DNA of 63,745 nt, filler included, from Craspedostauros australis (GCA_030167865.1; 5 parts of 5 records of this genome joined end to end with filler, not necessarily neighbours in it); one strand, 5' to 3'. Numbered from the whole stretch's first letter, positions 33,186 to 45,975 are shown. Translations and numbers: made by a program. The notes: generated from the sequence alone by a model not told the origin.

Positions 33186-34391
33186 ATGGCGCTGCCTACA
33201 ATGCCAGGCATGCCAGGAATGCCCACAGCCAGCGCGACTGCGGCCTGCATGATCGTCATCACGGCTCTCACCACTCCTCTGTTCATCTACCTTTATCATG
33301 CTGATCGCAGCAACCGCAAGGAGCTGGCGCGACACTGCCTTGGCTTGTCTTCCAGCTCGCCGAAGGAGCACGCGATCGCCAGCTTCGAGAGCTTCGACAC
33401 GATGCAAGAATGGATGAAGGCGTCATTGGGGTCTTCTGCTACCACCACGCTCTCCAAGCAGGTCGACAAGGCCTTCCGCAAGCACGATCTTCACTACATC
33501 TGCACAGGAGAATCGTACCACGTCCTCGGTTGGGAGCACCTCTCTGTTTGCGTGGATCACGAGATACGCGCGTACGGTGGATCTGTGTGGAAAGGGGTCA
33601 TGGTTGGCACCCTGCGCTTCGCCTTTGCGAAGTGCATGGAGTCGCACATCCAAGAAGTCCGGCAGGGATCGCCTCGAAAAAATCAGCACCAACCTACGAG
33701 GACAGATGGAGGCAAACCAACCACGCCAAGCAGGAGTTCAAACGGGACAGGGGCAGGAGCCGCGTCACAAAGCAAGACACCATTTTCACTCCAAGCGATG
33801 GAGTTGACACGATCCAAGATGGGAGATGCCCGTAGCGTCAACGAAGATGGCGGCAGGCTGGTTGGTTGGTCGGCGGTGACCGTCAAGGGCGACACATTGC
33901 GAGTCATGTGGTTTTATCAGCGCACCAGCATGCACAAGCAGGGCCTCATCTGGTTTTACATCTTGCGCAAGGGAATCGAGATCTGCTTCGATCTCAAGCC
34001 GGATGGCGTCACGCACGTCGACCTTGGTCCCAGCAACACCGACAACGTAAAGCAACTCAAGGCGAAGTACGGCTTCCATTCCACGGAGCAATGGAGAAAG
34101 GTGGGTCATAGCGACAATTGTGGCAATTGCAACAGCAATGGCAACAGCAATGGCGGTGACAAATCCAATCAAAATGATCGTGACCAACCTCCGGAATGCA
34201 AACCTCTTGTCGAATTCCCGGCCAAGACCACCTTGGATGCTGGTGCCCCTCGTCTCCAGGCATGCACACTCGAGAATTACACCAATTCAACAAGTGAAGC
34301 CGACACCACCGACCCATCGTCTCAAATTCCATCGTTGGTTTGCGATTACGACGGTCCCTTCGTCTCTTTGGCCAAATTTGTCACCGCATGA
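33186..34391 (+). CDS. N-anchored protein with Fem/BioF2-like GNAT C-terminal domain (putative acyl/aminoacyl transferase)
   Basis: Hydrophobic N-terminal segment (ACMIVITALTTPLFIYLY). C-terminal DGGRLVGW...LIWFYILRKGIE...VTHVDLGPS....KQLKAKYGF resembles the Fem-like GNAT pattern (g.lv...DlG....lK..yGf). First ATG 33186. Confidence 0.55.
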   Translation: MALPTMPGMPGMPTASATAACMIVITALTTPLFIYLYHADRSNRKELARHCLGLSSSSPKEHAIASFESFDTMQEWMKASLGSSATTTLSKQVDKAFRKHDLHYICTGESYHVLGWEHLSVCVDHEIRAYGGSVWKGVMVGTLRFAFAKCMESHIQEVRQGSPRKNQHQPTRTDGGKPTTPSRSSNGTGAGAASQSKTPFSLQAMELTRSKMGDARSVNEDGGRLVGWSAVTVKGDTLRVMWFYQRTSMHKQGLIWFYILRKGIEICFDLKPDGVTHVDLGPSNTDNVKQLKAKYGFHSTEQWRKVGHSDNCGNCNSNGNSNGGDKSNQNDRDQPPECKPLVEFPAKTTLDAGAPRLQACTLENYTNSTSEADTTDPSSQIPSLVCDYDGPFVSLAKFVTA

Positions 34392-35272
34392 GCCCACTTG
34401 GATATTCGTACTCGTACTCGTATTCGTATGTTTGTATCGAATGCAGAATGGGAGAGTAAGGGACTGTCGAGCGGATTCCATCGTACTCGTGAATGGAGTA
34501 GTGCGACCTGCGCAGGCAAGGGACAGGTAGATTGCAGATGTGCACCCACATCCGTGCGAATACGAGGACGAAGATGAATGGGATTGTGCGAGAGAGACAA
34601 CGAAGCGGAGCATGGCATTGTATTATCTCGGCTTCCGTACGCAAGTTGTACCCCAATCGTAGTCATGACGCATGCGCTGTACACGTGCGCTTTGTCCAGC
34701 ACCGTTATTTACAATAGAATAATAACATTATATTATTATATTCTGCGACCATTCGCGCATACTGTTGCTGCTCTGCATTTCAGTCTCCAGGCGTACCTCG
34801 CTATCACACTCTCTCCGCGAACTCGCACAAGCACCCGGACATGCGGGCAGAGAGGAAGAAAGGGAACAATGACGAATCACACGACTGACTGAGTTAGTCC
34901 CATCCGACAAGCAACAAGAGTTTTTTCTCGTGCGCAAGAGGAATGACCGTTGGTGTCCGAAAACAGCACACATCGTTGGCCGAAATTGGGGCGCTTTGTC
35001 ATGGGGTCACGCGTTGGAACCCTACACGCAACAGAGCCGCAACAACAACCAAAGCAACGACGATGCACAACAAAGTCAGGATCTTCCCAACACAACAACA
35101 CAACTGCTCCGCAAAACTGCACTAAACTAAACAACAGAACACAAAACAACGACCTCCACCGACAGCGCCAGTTACTCCATCTCTCCGTGTGCCACCAACG
35201 AACGCAGCAGCAGTAGCACGAATCAACAAGGCCACGTACCCGTCCGCATACTCACGCAGAGAGTCTCGAAGG

Positions 35273-35340
35273 GAACAGAGAGAACAGACAGGACAGACAG
35301 GACAGACAGGACAGACAACACAGACAACACAGACAGAACC
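35273..35340. repeat. 9-bp tandem repeat (ACAGACAGG/ACAGACAAC) upstream of PRA1 start
   Basis: About 7 imperfect units. Confidence 0.8.
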
Positions 35341-35357
35341 AACAGAAGATCATCAAG

Positions 35358-36716
35358 ATGGCGACGGAAGGAAACGCAACGACGGCGAACACCATGAACT
35401 CGGTGCTCGGCATGATGAATACGGCGTACGTTGAACCATTTGCTTGCTGCCTGCGGCGAAGGCAATCTTTTGCACGGATCGGTCGCCATGGCAATGACAT
35501 CATCCATCTGCGCGTTGAGATCCACGCTGACACACGCTGCGTTGGTCATCGGTTTGGTCATTGGGATGTGGACACGTATGAATCCAGCCTCATGAACATT
35601 AATGCATCAATGGCCAACATGCAAACAGCGAACAAATGAACCCGATACGCATCTGCTCCCAACCTCACCCCGTCCGTTCGTCTACCATTCCCTTCGTCTC
35701 TTCTCTCTCTCTCTCTCGCTGCTTCTTGTTGAACATCGCAGGAAGGAGAAGTGGGACTCCAGCGGTGCCAACGAGGCCCTCGGTCGTCTGCATGCCAGCA
35801 TCCCTCAGTCCACCAGAGACTATGTTTCGACCACCACGTCCCAGGTGTTTTCGCGGAAACAGATCCGCTCCATCTCCTTGGTCTTTGGAATTGGCGAGGA
35901 GCGTCCCTTCTACGTGGAGAAAGCGCCGTCGCTGCTCATCGCACGCGTCCGTCACAACCTCACCTTCTTCGTGCTCAACTACCTGGTCGTCACGGCCATC
36001 ATGTTCTGCCTCACGCTGCTCACAGACATGAGGACCTTGATTGGCATCATGCTGGTCATCGGAGCATGGTTCTACGTTCTGAAACAGGCGGAAAGCGGTA
36101 GCTTGAAAATTGGTCGTAAGTCAGACGTCTCTTTCTCGTCGTCTGCAACTGCATGGTACCAATATACGCCCATCCATGTATCCATCCATTCCTGTGTACT
36201 TTCACGATGGATTGCGGAGGGAGAAGAGATCATTTGGCTTCCAAACCTGTCTGTTCAGCGCAGGCGAGTGGCTTGATCGATTGCCTGTGAAGCATGTTGA
36301 GACAACATCTGTGATCCTCATCATGTTCTGTCTCTCGCTCTCATTCTGCTCTGTCTCTGTACCTTTGCACCCACACATACTCTCACGAATATCCATGAAT
36401 GTGGATGCTGCGGCTTTGGTCTCGGTCGTCCACTTTGATTGTCTTATCCTCGCGACGAACAGCTGTGACGATCCCGCAAAAGTACGCAACTATCGGTATG
36501 GGAATCATCAGCGCGTACGTGATTTACAGGTTGCTCGTCGGAGTCGTCTGGTGGGCACTCCTTGTGTCAGCCGTCATTGTTCTGGCGCACGCAGGGCTTC
36601 GTGACGCAAGCATGCACCAAGATACAGAAGACAAGATGGACATGGTTGGTGAAGTCAGCGAAGACTCAGCGTTCCTACCAAACACCAAGAACAACAACAT
36701 CCTGCACGAAGTCTAG
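35358..36716 (+). CDS. PRA1 family (prenylated Rab acceptor) protein; exons 35358-35425, 35742-36115, 36463-36716
   Basis: RVRHNLTFFVLNY motif, hydrophobic hairpins, C-terminal LAHAGLRD. GT-AG introns 35426-35741 and 36116-36462 keep the frame. Confidence 0.88.
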
Positions 36717-36742
36717 GCGTACGTACATCAGACGCAGACGCG

Positions 36743-36746
<4 letters not shown>

Positions 36747-36788
<42 letters not shown>
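36747..36788. repeat. (CA)21 microsatellite
   Basis: Perfect dinucleotide run just after the PRA1 stop. Confidence 0.97.
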
Positions 36789-36791
<3 letters not shown>

Positions 36792-37027
36792 CCTCTACAT
36801 CCTCGTGCCGAATCTTTGATGTACTACCCTGATTCGAGAATGCGATTGCTGCCTCTTCACAGACGAAAGATCGCACGATTCACCCAATTGTGCCGAAACG
36901 AAAACAGCCCGGAGCTTGTAGAGCACGATACTACGAGTATGACACTCAACTCCACGACGCCCAATAGTATACTCGCTTACAACTTGCGGAGTAGTCCGGT
37001 ACATACTAGTATAGTCAGCAGACTCTA

Positions 37028-40000
37028 TCATGGCATCGTCGGGCCACTGCCGCTTGGGCCACCAGCGGTGATATCTTCCGGTTGTGTCTTTTTGTTGCCG
37101 CCACTGCTGCTTGACCATCGCAAGTCGCAAACCAGGCTCACATGGTCGCTTGGAAAGACAGAGCTTGGCATGGCGACATCCTTGGAAAGTAGCTCTTCAT
37201 CCGGAACTTCTGCGACGCGATGTGGCACCAACGCGCCCTCCTCATCGGATTCCGCAGCCGAAACAAGGATGTAATCCAACGTGGACTTGAAGTTTTGCAA
37301 GTAGTGCGTGTACTGCGGCAATGTTTCATACCCGGATCGGAGGATCGGGAATGATGCAGGCAGTGCGATGGTCGGTGGGACTGGTCGCATCTTTCGTGGT
37401 TGCGATCCCAACGGATCGTATCCCATTGTTGTGGCTGCATCGGCGCCGACATTCGCCAAAGCGCCCCCGTTTTGCGCAGTATTACAATTATTGGTCTCCT
37501 CATCTTGATCCTCATCCTCATCATCGCTGAGATTTCCATCCCAAGAGAATGTGAAGAGATTCTTCCATCGAAACGTCGCCTGCTCGTCATTCGCGGAGCT
37601 CCCCTCGTCTGCTTCAGCAATGGGTTGCACGGAACGGCTGAAGATCAGTCGGGCAGCACCAGAATCTGGAGACGAATTCAAGTCTCCACAGAATATCATT
37701 GGAGGAGACGAACTTCGGCTGGATGAATCCATGTCGATGAATTTGGCCGAGTAATCAATGCGTTTGTCATGAGCTGCATTTTGCTGACGTTCTCGGTGCA
37801 TCCGATGCAGGCACCCGAAAGCTTGGAGCAGACGGATATGATCTGCTCGAGGATGATAGAAGAGATGCGTGTTGCCCACCAGCACCCGTCGGTCTGTTCC
37901 ACGAAGTACGAGGTGCGCCGTCTGCAGCACATGGCTCAGTTTATCTACCAGCACTTTTCTCAGCTCGGGCACCTCCTGCAGGAAGGCCTGCACATCCTCC
38001 ATCGTTGACCAATCCGCGTCGCCCTGCCATGTATCATTGGAGGTAAATATGTCACGGATTAGGTGCGTCTTCAAGTCTTGCTCGGGTCTCGGCTGGGAAG
38101 GATCTCCTGATGATGACGAATCTGTCTGATCTATACCATGACGCCTTGCAGCTTCGAATGTATCGAGCGACCAAAACATCGCCAGACCTTCTCGGCTCCC
38201 ATCCTTGCCGGAGTAGTAACCCTCGTAGTTGTGCAAGGTCAAGGCCGGTTCGAGCAAATCGTGGAACACGAAGTTGTCAACCTCTTGGAGACACACAACG
38301 TCCGCGCCGTATTGCAATATTTCATGCAGAAGCATGGGGAATCGCCGTTCTTTCTGCATGACTGATTTGTCCTCGATGTACGGATAGAACCAATTCTGTG
38401 CCATCGGAGAGGAGGCGTTCAACTCGGCAAGGATGTTGTACGTCATTACACGCAGATCAGTCATCCCTGTGAGAGCTGGCTGCGCATCTGAGTTGCAACT
38501 TGCGTTGCTTGCGCCGCGGCTGTGCCGCCGGGTCCTCGACTCGGCTTTTTGGCGCACGTCCAGAAAGTCCCTCCGTAGGCTCAGAAGTGCGTTCGGAGGA
38601 CATGGTTCGATGACATTTCGAAACATGAACGCTTCCTTCGTGATCACACCAGTGCCAGTGTCCGAAGCAGGGTTCTGACCGTTGTTGCGATCGACCGCAT
38701 CTGACAAGCCGTAGACTGTCGCGGCAACAACAACATCAGCTTCAGCATCAACTTCGACTGCTGTGGTGGGATCGGTACGTGCACTCATTTCATCACCCTC
38801 CCTTCCATTTGTCAGTCGCACCAGGACTATCAACTTTCTCCCAACATCCAACGCCGTCGGAGTGAAGGAGAATGAGTTGGACGTCACCAATCGAAGCCGG
38901 TTCGACTCGGAATCTCTCTGCTCGCCATCGAAGGCATCGGCATCGGTACGGCAAGCAGCCCCTTCAGGCGATCCCAAAACCTCTTCGACGTACCAATCCA
39001 CGCAGACACTTGTTGCGAAGAGAGATTCTAATCGGACCACCACTGGGATTCCAACGAATAGCCTTTGTGAAAAGGCTTCGAATGTCCTGATGGAGACCAA
39101 CGTTGGGGGATTGAGAACAACCTGCAATCGTGCAGTGGCTGATGGTGTTGTGTCGGCATCACTGTTTGCCGGAGCCGCATGTTCCGACGCGAGCGAAAAG
39201 CTGCTGGTCGGAGTGGGCCTGATGAAGGTCAGACTGAGCTCTAAATCCCAGTCGCTCTGCTGTTGCTCGGCGCACAGTTGCCGCCATAATCCGCTATGGT
39301 GGTGTCCATCTGTTGGCACTCGTGCTTGTTCGCAGTGCTTCGCGCAGCTTCCTGATGATACCGATTCGTCGGATCTCACACGAGGTGCGGGCGAGGTGCA
39401 TCGAAGCAACAGATGCTCCACTGGGTTGCTCACTACCTTCTTGGATTGCTTTCCCTTTTTTCCTTTCTGCTTGCCTTGTTTGCTATCTCCTTCTGGTTTC
39501 GGTAGGACCTTCTTTTGCAACGTGAGAGCGAGACGCTGCACTGCCTTGTCCACAGGTTCAGATCCACTCCGGTTCATGTGCAGTGTGAAGGAGGGCGGGA
39601 TTGATTTGACGTTGGCATCCGGCGCAATTGGAGAGCCTGTTGCTGTCACAGCAACATCTTCGACATCCCAAGTCACAGTACCGGCTGCAGCGCCATCATG
39701 CTGTTCCTGATCCAGCGACTTCCAGAAGTACGATGAGAGAGCAGACGCAGCGGGATGGCCGAACTTGCCATCATCATCACTATCATCGTCATTATCGACC
39801 GCAGTGTTCGGTACCACGGGCTCGTTTGCTGATGCCTTCAGTTGATGATAAACCGGGTGGGAATGATCCTGCAGAAGGGGCAAAGTGGTGCGCTTGGCTA
39901 TTTCGTAATCGGCCGATACGATGTCAACGTCGGGCAACGTGCGTATCGTCAGCGTCCCGGTGACATGCTGCACGCCCGTGGGCGCAGATGTACCTGCACC

Positions 40001-40039
40001 TGCACCTGCGCCAACGACATCAAGCGCAGGCAGCTGCAT
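37028..40039 (-). CDS. CCR4/nocturnin-family EEP deadenylase, 2',5'-phosphodiesterase 12-like
   Basis: RVMTYNILA, VCLQEVD, GNTHLFYHPRADHIRLLQ, FCGDLNS, TLDYI, PSDH; N-terminal region with MNRSGSEP and VVLNPP as in PDE12. First in-frame ATG 40039; true start uncertain. Confidence 0.88.
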   Translation of the reverse strand: MQLPALDVVGAGAGAGTSAPTGVQHVTGTLTIRTLPDVDIVSADYEIAKRTTLPLLQDHSHPVYHQLKASANEPVVPNTAVDNDDDSDDDGKFGHPAASALSSYFWKSLDQEQHDGAAAGTVTWDVEDVAVTATGSPIAPDANVKSIPPSFTLHMNRSGSEPVDKAVQRLALTLQKKVLPKPEGDSKQGKQKGKKGKQSKKVVSNPVEHLLLRCTSPAPRVRSDESVSSGSCAKHCEQARVPTDGHHHSGLWRQLCAEQQQSDWDLELSLTFIRPTPTSSFSLASEHAAPANSDADTTPSATARLQVVLNPPTLVSIRTFEAFSQRLFVGIPVVVRLESLFATSVCVDWYVEEVLGSPEGAACRTDADAFDGEQRDSESNRLRLVTSNSFSFTPTALDVGRKLIVLVRLTNGREGDEMSARTDPTTAVEVDAEADVVVAATVYGLSDAVDRNNGQNPASDTGTGVITKEAFMFRNVIEPCPPNALLSLRRDFLDVRQKAESRTRRHSRGASNASCNSDAQPALTGMTDLRVMTYNILAELNASSPMAQNWFYPYIEDKSVMQKERRFPMLLHEILQYGADVVCLQEVDNFVFHDLLEPALTLHNYEGYYSGKDGSREGLAMFWSLDTFEAARRHGIDQTDSSSSGDPSQPRPEQDLKTHLIRDIFTSNDTWQGDADWSTMEDVQAFLQEVPELRKVLVDKLSHVLQTAHLVLRGTDRRVLVGNTHLFYHPRADHIRLLQAFGCLHRMHRERQQNAAHDKRIDYSAKFIDMDSSSRSSSPPMIFCGDLNSSPDSGAARLIFSRSVQPIAEADEGSSANDEQATFRWKNLFTFSWDGNLSDDEDEDQDEETNNCNTAQNGGALANVGADAATTMGYDPLGSQPRKMRPVPPTIALPASFPILRSGYETLPQYTHYLQNFKSTLDYILVSAAESDEEGALVPHRVAEVPDEELLSKDVAMPSSVFPSDHVSLVCDLRWSSSSGGNKKTQPEDITAGGPSGSGPTMP

Positions 40040-43000
40040 CGTTGCTTTGTGCGACGCCGATTCTGTGAGTGCACTCCGTCGAGCTTGACCGACGCGCCGA
40101 AGGAGAACACGAAGTTGGTTAAACTTGCTCTTCAGTGCCAATGCTCTTGACGCTCTCGCAGGTGCCTGTCTGTCCCTGCCACTCTATGATATGGTTTCAG
40201 TGTACTACGCTGCTCTATTCTTTTTCTCCCACTTTATTCCATCGCAGCACGAACATGCGAGAGTGTAATGCGTTGCGCTGCGCTGCTCTCCACGCTCACA
40301 GCCAGATGTCGTATTGCACGATGGTAGGGATGAATGTCCGCTGCGATGGTGGAGAGGTGATGGCTTTGTTGTGGAGCCAATCCGTGATCGTGTTGACTTG
40401 TGCCTAACAACGATGAGAGATCTTGTTGACTTGTGCCGACACGTTTGACGCAAGAACAAACACCGATTGGTTGCGGAATCGGAAGCTACGGTAGACACAC
40501 ATGTAATTGCATTAATTGCATGCATGAAACCGCAGGTACCAGATACCACGCTCGAAGTACATGTTGCGCAAAGCGCTGCCTTGTGCCACCAGTTCCCGCT
40601 TCGGTTCCCACTTCAGCTCTGGCGCGAGTTGCGCTGCCAGATGCAGCAAGGCCACAGCCTTCCCAAGAAGCTACGAGGACGAGTACTTTCCATCAACTGC
40701 ATACCCAGCCTTGTTCGGAGTTGAATGTCTCTCAAAACCGGGTCACGACAATTCATTGGAAGCGTGTTGTGCGATGGCGCGACAGGAACACGCGCAGAAA
40801 ATGTCTCTATGCTTGATGCCCCGACTAACAAGAACAAGATGATCGCGAGAATCTTCGGATGCGGCGGTGAAGACCCTCCACAGGCCGTGACCGCAGAGAT
40901 GGCGTAGAAACGCTTCGACGAGAACAAAGAAACGATGAAAGCACGACCATAACAAACAATATCGCAGACTGTGAATGACGACAATAGACTCTTTTCACTG
41001 GTGGCGCATCTGAGGTAATTGCAGCTTGCGGCGGTGATTGTTTCATGGTTGGCAGTGACAACCAACTAGCTTGCGCCACCCAGTACTGTTCACGGCACGA
41101 TGACGATGAGTGACAGATCTCGCATGGGGAACTTTCGGTGCGAGCCTGTATTTCCTAGCACCATCGTCTCCAGCAGCTGCACATCACTGGCCAACCTGGT
41201 GCTACTGTCGATGTCGAGTTCAGAGTGAATAGGCCACCAGCATTTGTCTGGGGAGGGTACCTTGCCAAAGCTTAAGAAACAACGCTTGGATCACCATGCG
41301 AATCGAAGAAGGGGCATGGAACGATGATTTCAGATACGCGCATGTTGGAGCCCGCGAACTCAAAGGCATTGCATCGGTGTAGAAGTGAATTCATGGCCCT
41401 GGCAAATTCAAAAGCGCGAGGAAATTTAACCATTGCCGACGGTGCATAATAAAATCGATGTTGTTGTTGTCGTCAACAAAGGAGTGTGCGACATCAACAA
41501 AGGTGGCGAATGGGAAACTACACGAGAAGAGAGACGTGATGGAGACAGTGCAATGAATGATACAACAAGCCACCAACGACGAAGGGGACAGCTCCAATGA
41601 AGCAATTTCAAAGGGATTTGAATCCCGAGAGAGGTGTGTCTGAAATGCTGAGCATTGATGTTGCCTCTGATATATTATTGTATTGAAACTATCTTAATAA
41701 CGGTGCTGGGTGTCCCTGTCAACTCCTCTTCAGCCATAGAATTCACAAAAACTCGACAATTCCAGGCGAAACAGAGGAGACTCCCCCTGGCTCGTTGAGG
41801 GGGATGGTTCTCAAGTGATGGCTCCAATCCACAAATAGGTGATACTTCCGAAATGGCCCGGAAGCTCGGGTCTTACATCTGTGGTTAACTCTCAGTTCGT
41901 CACAATCAACGTGAGCAACATGAGTCATGATTTCGAGGATTCCATCAACTCTATGCAGTGTGTCGGGTACATGCGTAGAACCGTGTTTCGTTGTGGAAGG
42001 AAACGAGAAGCAACCTAGTCGAATCGCAGGAACTGCACTTATACTCTCTTTTCCGCAAGACTTCCTGCATCTTTACTTACCGCATGTGTGCAATTACATG
42101 TGGTGGAATGATCAAGACCATATTTGTCAATGCTCGTCCTTGCATCATTCGCTTCATGCACGACTCAATGTTGCCGTACCTCTGTGCTTGTCCAACCGTG
42201 GTGGCTTGAGAGTTCGGCACATCGAAAGAAAAGAATGGAAGGAATTGTGACTGTTCGGTTCGTTTCCCACATTCTTCTTTGTGACGCAATAGCATCAAGT
42301 GATAAACTTGATCGAATTGGTGTTTGGAAGCAGACCAACCAATGTCGACAAAATGATTGAATCAACCAAACGAAGCCAAGGGGTAAACGAGTTTCCTTCA
42401 GATCAGAAGAGAGCTATACCCGACCGAAATTCTTGACATCCATGCATTTATGTGGATGTGACCAGATAATACCACTTCATGGTAAGTTCAGCACAAAGTA
42501 TCTTCTGCAAGAGCACTACTGCTCTTCTGTTATATCGTGGACAACAATCGCGCTTCGTGCCGATCATGTGCCGTATTCGGACCACAGGATAGGAAAGCGA
42601 TATGGTCGTAGGAACTCTTTGCAACTGTGTTGGCTTTGACGTTCGTAGGAAGAATCGAATCTGGTATTTTGGACTCTGGAGTGAGAGTTAACCAAGCCTT
42701 TGTCCTGATGATTGTCACGTTCTTAACTGGGACGATAGAACGAATCATACGACAAGACTGCAAATAGTCTCTGATTGCAGTGAGAAAACCCCCGGAATGC
42801 ATAGGTCTATTGTTTATGTTGTGTGGTGAACGAAATTTGTATCGGTGGATGGGATACTCCAAGTTGTCCGAACACGACGTATTTGTCTGTAGTGCATTGC
42901 TCTTTCTGGCGGAATAAGCAAGGTTCTGATTCTCGGTCATGCGTAAGAGATCTCTTTCAGGTTACTCGACTGGTGTCTATCACTGGAGGCAATCAGAGAA

Positions 43001-45625
43001 CCAAAGATGAGCACCATCTCAAAACCAATCTACCTTCATCGATGGAAGTAGGGACTCTGTGTTTCAATCCCACTACTTTGAAGACAATGGAGATTAGAGC
43101 AACGTGCTTGTTCATGTTCCAATCGATATCTCAGTTTCACTTGACGGTTCATTTTGTACCTCCAGTCTCGTACACGGATGTAGTACAACCCGAGCGGATA
43201 TTTTTTTGAACAGACACCTTCATACTTGAACGAACAAGCCGTCTTTGTAATTCCTGTCTGATTGTGTATTCAGCGAATCCCGAAAGCTGCATACGGAAGA
43301 TGTCTTGGTACAGACCAATGACAGTCGGAAACCAAGACACGGTTGTTGCGTATGACAGTTGCCCGATTCCAGTCGATAGAATCATCATTGTGAAGAACCC
43401 GACCATTGCATGGTAGAGTGGAGAGAAAGAATCGAATGTCACGAGCCACCTCGGTGTCAAAGAGACGAGCCGGCGCTTCGTCGGGAAAGGGTGAACGCTC
43501 GTTTTCTGTATTGGTCGGAACCATACTGATCAGTTGTTTATCAACATCACTCTCTGTCTGTGAGAACGGTGTTGGATTCTGTCGATCAGCCAAAATGAAG
43601 GCATAAAGTGAGACCAGGACAGTGCGCTCGAATAAAAGTAAATCAACAAGCCATACTTTCCTCATGGCGATACGTGATAGGAGTATTTATAAGTACCTAT
43701 GTTACACGGATCGCATGTTCTGACCGCTTCGCAACAGAATGAGTGTCCCGTTGCAAGTCCCGATTGTATTCCACGTATGCAAACTATCACTCTGTCCATG
43801 AACATACCAGTGGGTCGTCTCAAAGCCATGAAGCACGGAAAAAAACATGGGGCATGGCGGGTTCCGTTCGTTAGAAGCGAGTGTCTCCTCTTCGTTCATG
43901 ATGCTTGAAACAAGGTAAAGATCAATTGAACTGTTTCTGCTCGCTTTATCTGCGTTGAAGGATTCGCAAGGGAGTGGAGTAAAGACTGATAAAAATTTAC
44001 AGACACCTCGCATGCACTCGAAGTGTTTTTGCTGGTTCCTCGTGGACCTTGCTTCTCGACAAACCAAAAAGCCAGGGCACATAGGTCTGTCCATGTTTTC
44101 TGGGAATGGGCTCATGAATGCACTGGAAACAATATTTGGAGTGTTTGGATCTTCCACACACAGAATCCGACCCTTGAGTGAAGTACACGCGGCAAAAACT
44201 GCTCTGAAGTCGTTTCTGTTGCAAGTATCGCTTCCAGCTATCCCCAGCAACAGTATCATTTTTCTTTCTTGCTATTGTCAGACAAAGTCGTTAACACTTC
44301 AATTCACCTTGAATGCGTGAACCGGCGAATATCTTGAAGCCTTTGCGTCAGGCACACTTGAATCTCAACATAAAGCCATACTCTCATCATTGATCTAATA
44401 CCAACGTGATAACTTTCCAATTCCAAATTGATGAAAACCATGCCGACTTCGGCTCTATCAATTCATGTAAGAAGAGTGGAAGTTTCGCGAAACGAAAATG
44501 TTTGACACAAATGAAGAAGCAATAACGAATTAAAAAAGATGTATATTCATATCAAATTTGGCCTCCTGACTTAGCAAAACGGTTGATTCAACAGTGTCGT
44601 CCATGGCACATCAGTCAGATTGTTTTACGGCCCCGCCACAAAAAATACTTGCTGAATAGCAGCCGCAGTCGAAGGTTGAAAGCTGCTTTGCAGAATTCCT
44701 TGCAAAGACGTGGAGATAAGAGTGAATGCACACCCTCGTAGGAGCATGACTGTGAGGATGTGCAAGAAAAGTTGGAAGAGAATAATCACAGTTTACAAAT
44801 GTACAATAATATCAGACCAGCGTGTTTCGACATCTTGGCTCAAAGCCAAAATGAAAATACCTTTGTCCTGAAAGGCTGGATCAAATTAAAACAAATGTGA
44901 AGGTAACAGTGAACAGAAAAGACAATTCGAACATCAGGTCTGATGAAACTCTCTTGTATTCCATACGGACCGGATTGCAAGACAATTTTCGCCCTCTGTG
45001 TGAGTGGAGTTGTTGGACTCTGCATTTCCAAGGGTGTATATATAAAAAGGCACCAAGAGTCAATCGTGTCCTGCGATTTCATTGACGCAAAGCCAACAAA
45101 ACCTTAACCCCTTGTTTCTGACGAAGGCTAACGTGTCTTGAGATAACGCCATCTCGTGTACTGGATTGTTGACAACGGAGCCTTGGTTGTGTTCATACTA
45201 TCGAACAAATCGTGCAAACGAAGTTAGAGGATGATATATCTGGTGAATTTGCAGACGAAAGCGTCGAACTGTTGATTCTCTTTCACATGAACGACGGCAA
45301 TTGACGACTGATGGCGGTTCACAGATGCGAAGCTCGATATGTAGAATGTGCATCGTGTGTGACAAACATACTTGGACTCTCGGTCGGTCATTGATGTCAC
45401 CTTTGCAATGATGCAGAAAAGAACTGTTTTGTATCCTGACTTGTGGATTCCAAATGGGTACGCACAAACCTTTCCGTTCTTGAAATTTATCATTTTTCAA
45501 TCGATTGCTCTGTTGAAGGCAACTTTGAGTTTTCCATGGTCTGGTTTCGATCTTGAATCCTGTTGGCTGTTTCACTTCCATCACAACCTTTAGTTAAGAA
45601 AAAACAGGGTCGCTCTGCTTGTTGC

Positions 45626-45975
45626 AAGTTGGTTGTGCGATATGATTTCTTCATCGCCTCCGCCAACATGATCAAGCAGAACCCGCGTCTGTTGTGACCG
45701 GGTTGGGCGAAGGAAGGCAAGTTCCCAACCCTTCTGGCCTTGGGAGATGACATGCAAGGCAAGATCGACGAGATCAAGGCCGCCATCACGTTCCAGACAA
45801 CGAAGATCATGTGTCTCAACGTCGCCGTCGGAAACGTCGAGAATGAGCACAATCAGGTGGTTGCCAACACCCAACTGGCTGCCAACTTTTTGACGTCACT
45901 ACTGAAAAATAGCAGTGACAGAACTTTGACCAGATCTACATCGGGTCCACCATGGGGCCAGCTATCCGGATTTTC
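45626..45975 (+). pseudogene. RPL10A: 60S ribosomal protein L10a (uL1) pseudogene, C-terminal half
   Basis: YDFFIASANMIKQNPRLL*PGWAKEGKFPTLL...KIDEIKAAITFQTTKIMCLNVAVGNV...NTQLAANFLTSLLK, then frameshifted *QNFDQIYIGSTMGPAIRIF. Aligns by eye to the uL1 C-terminus. Stops at 45695 and 45916. Confidence 0.88.
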
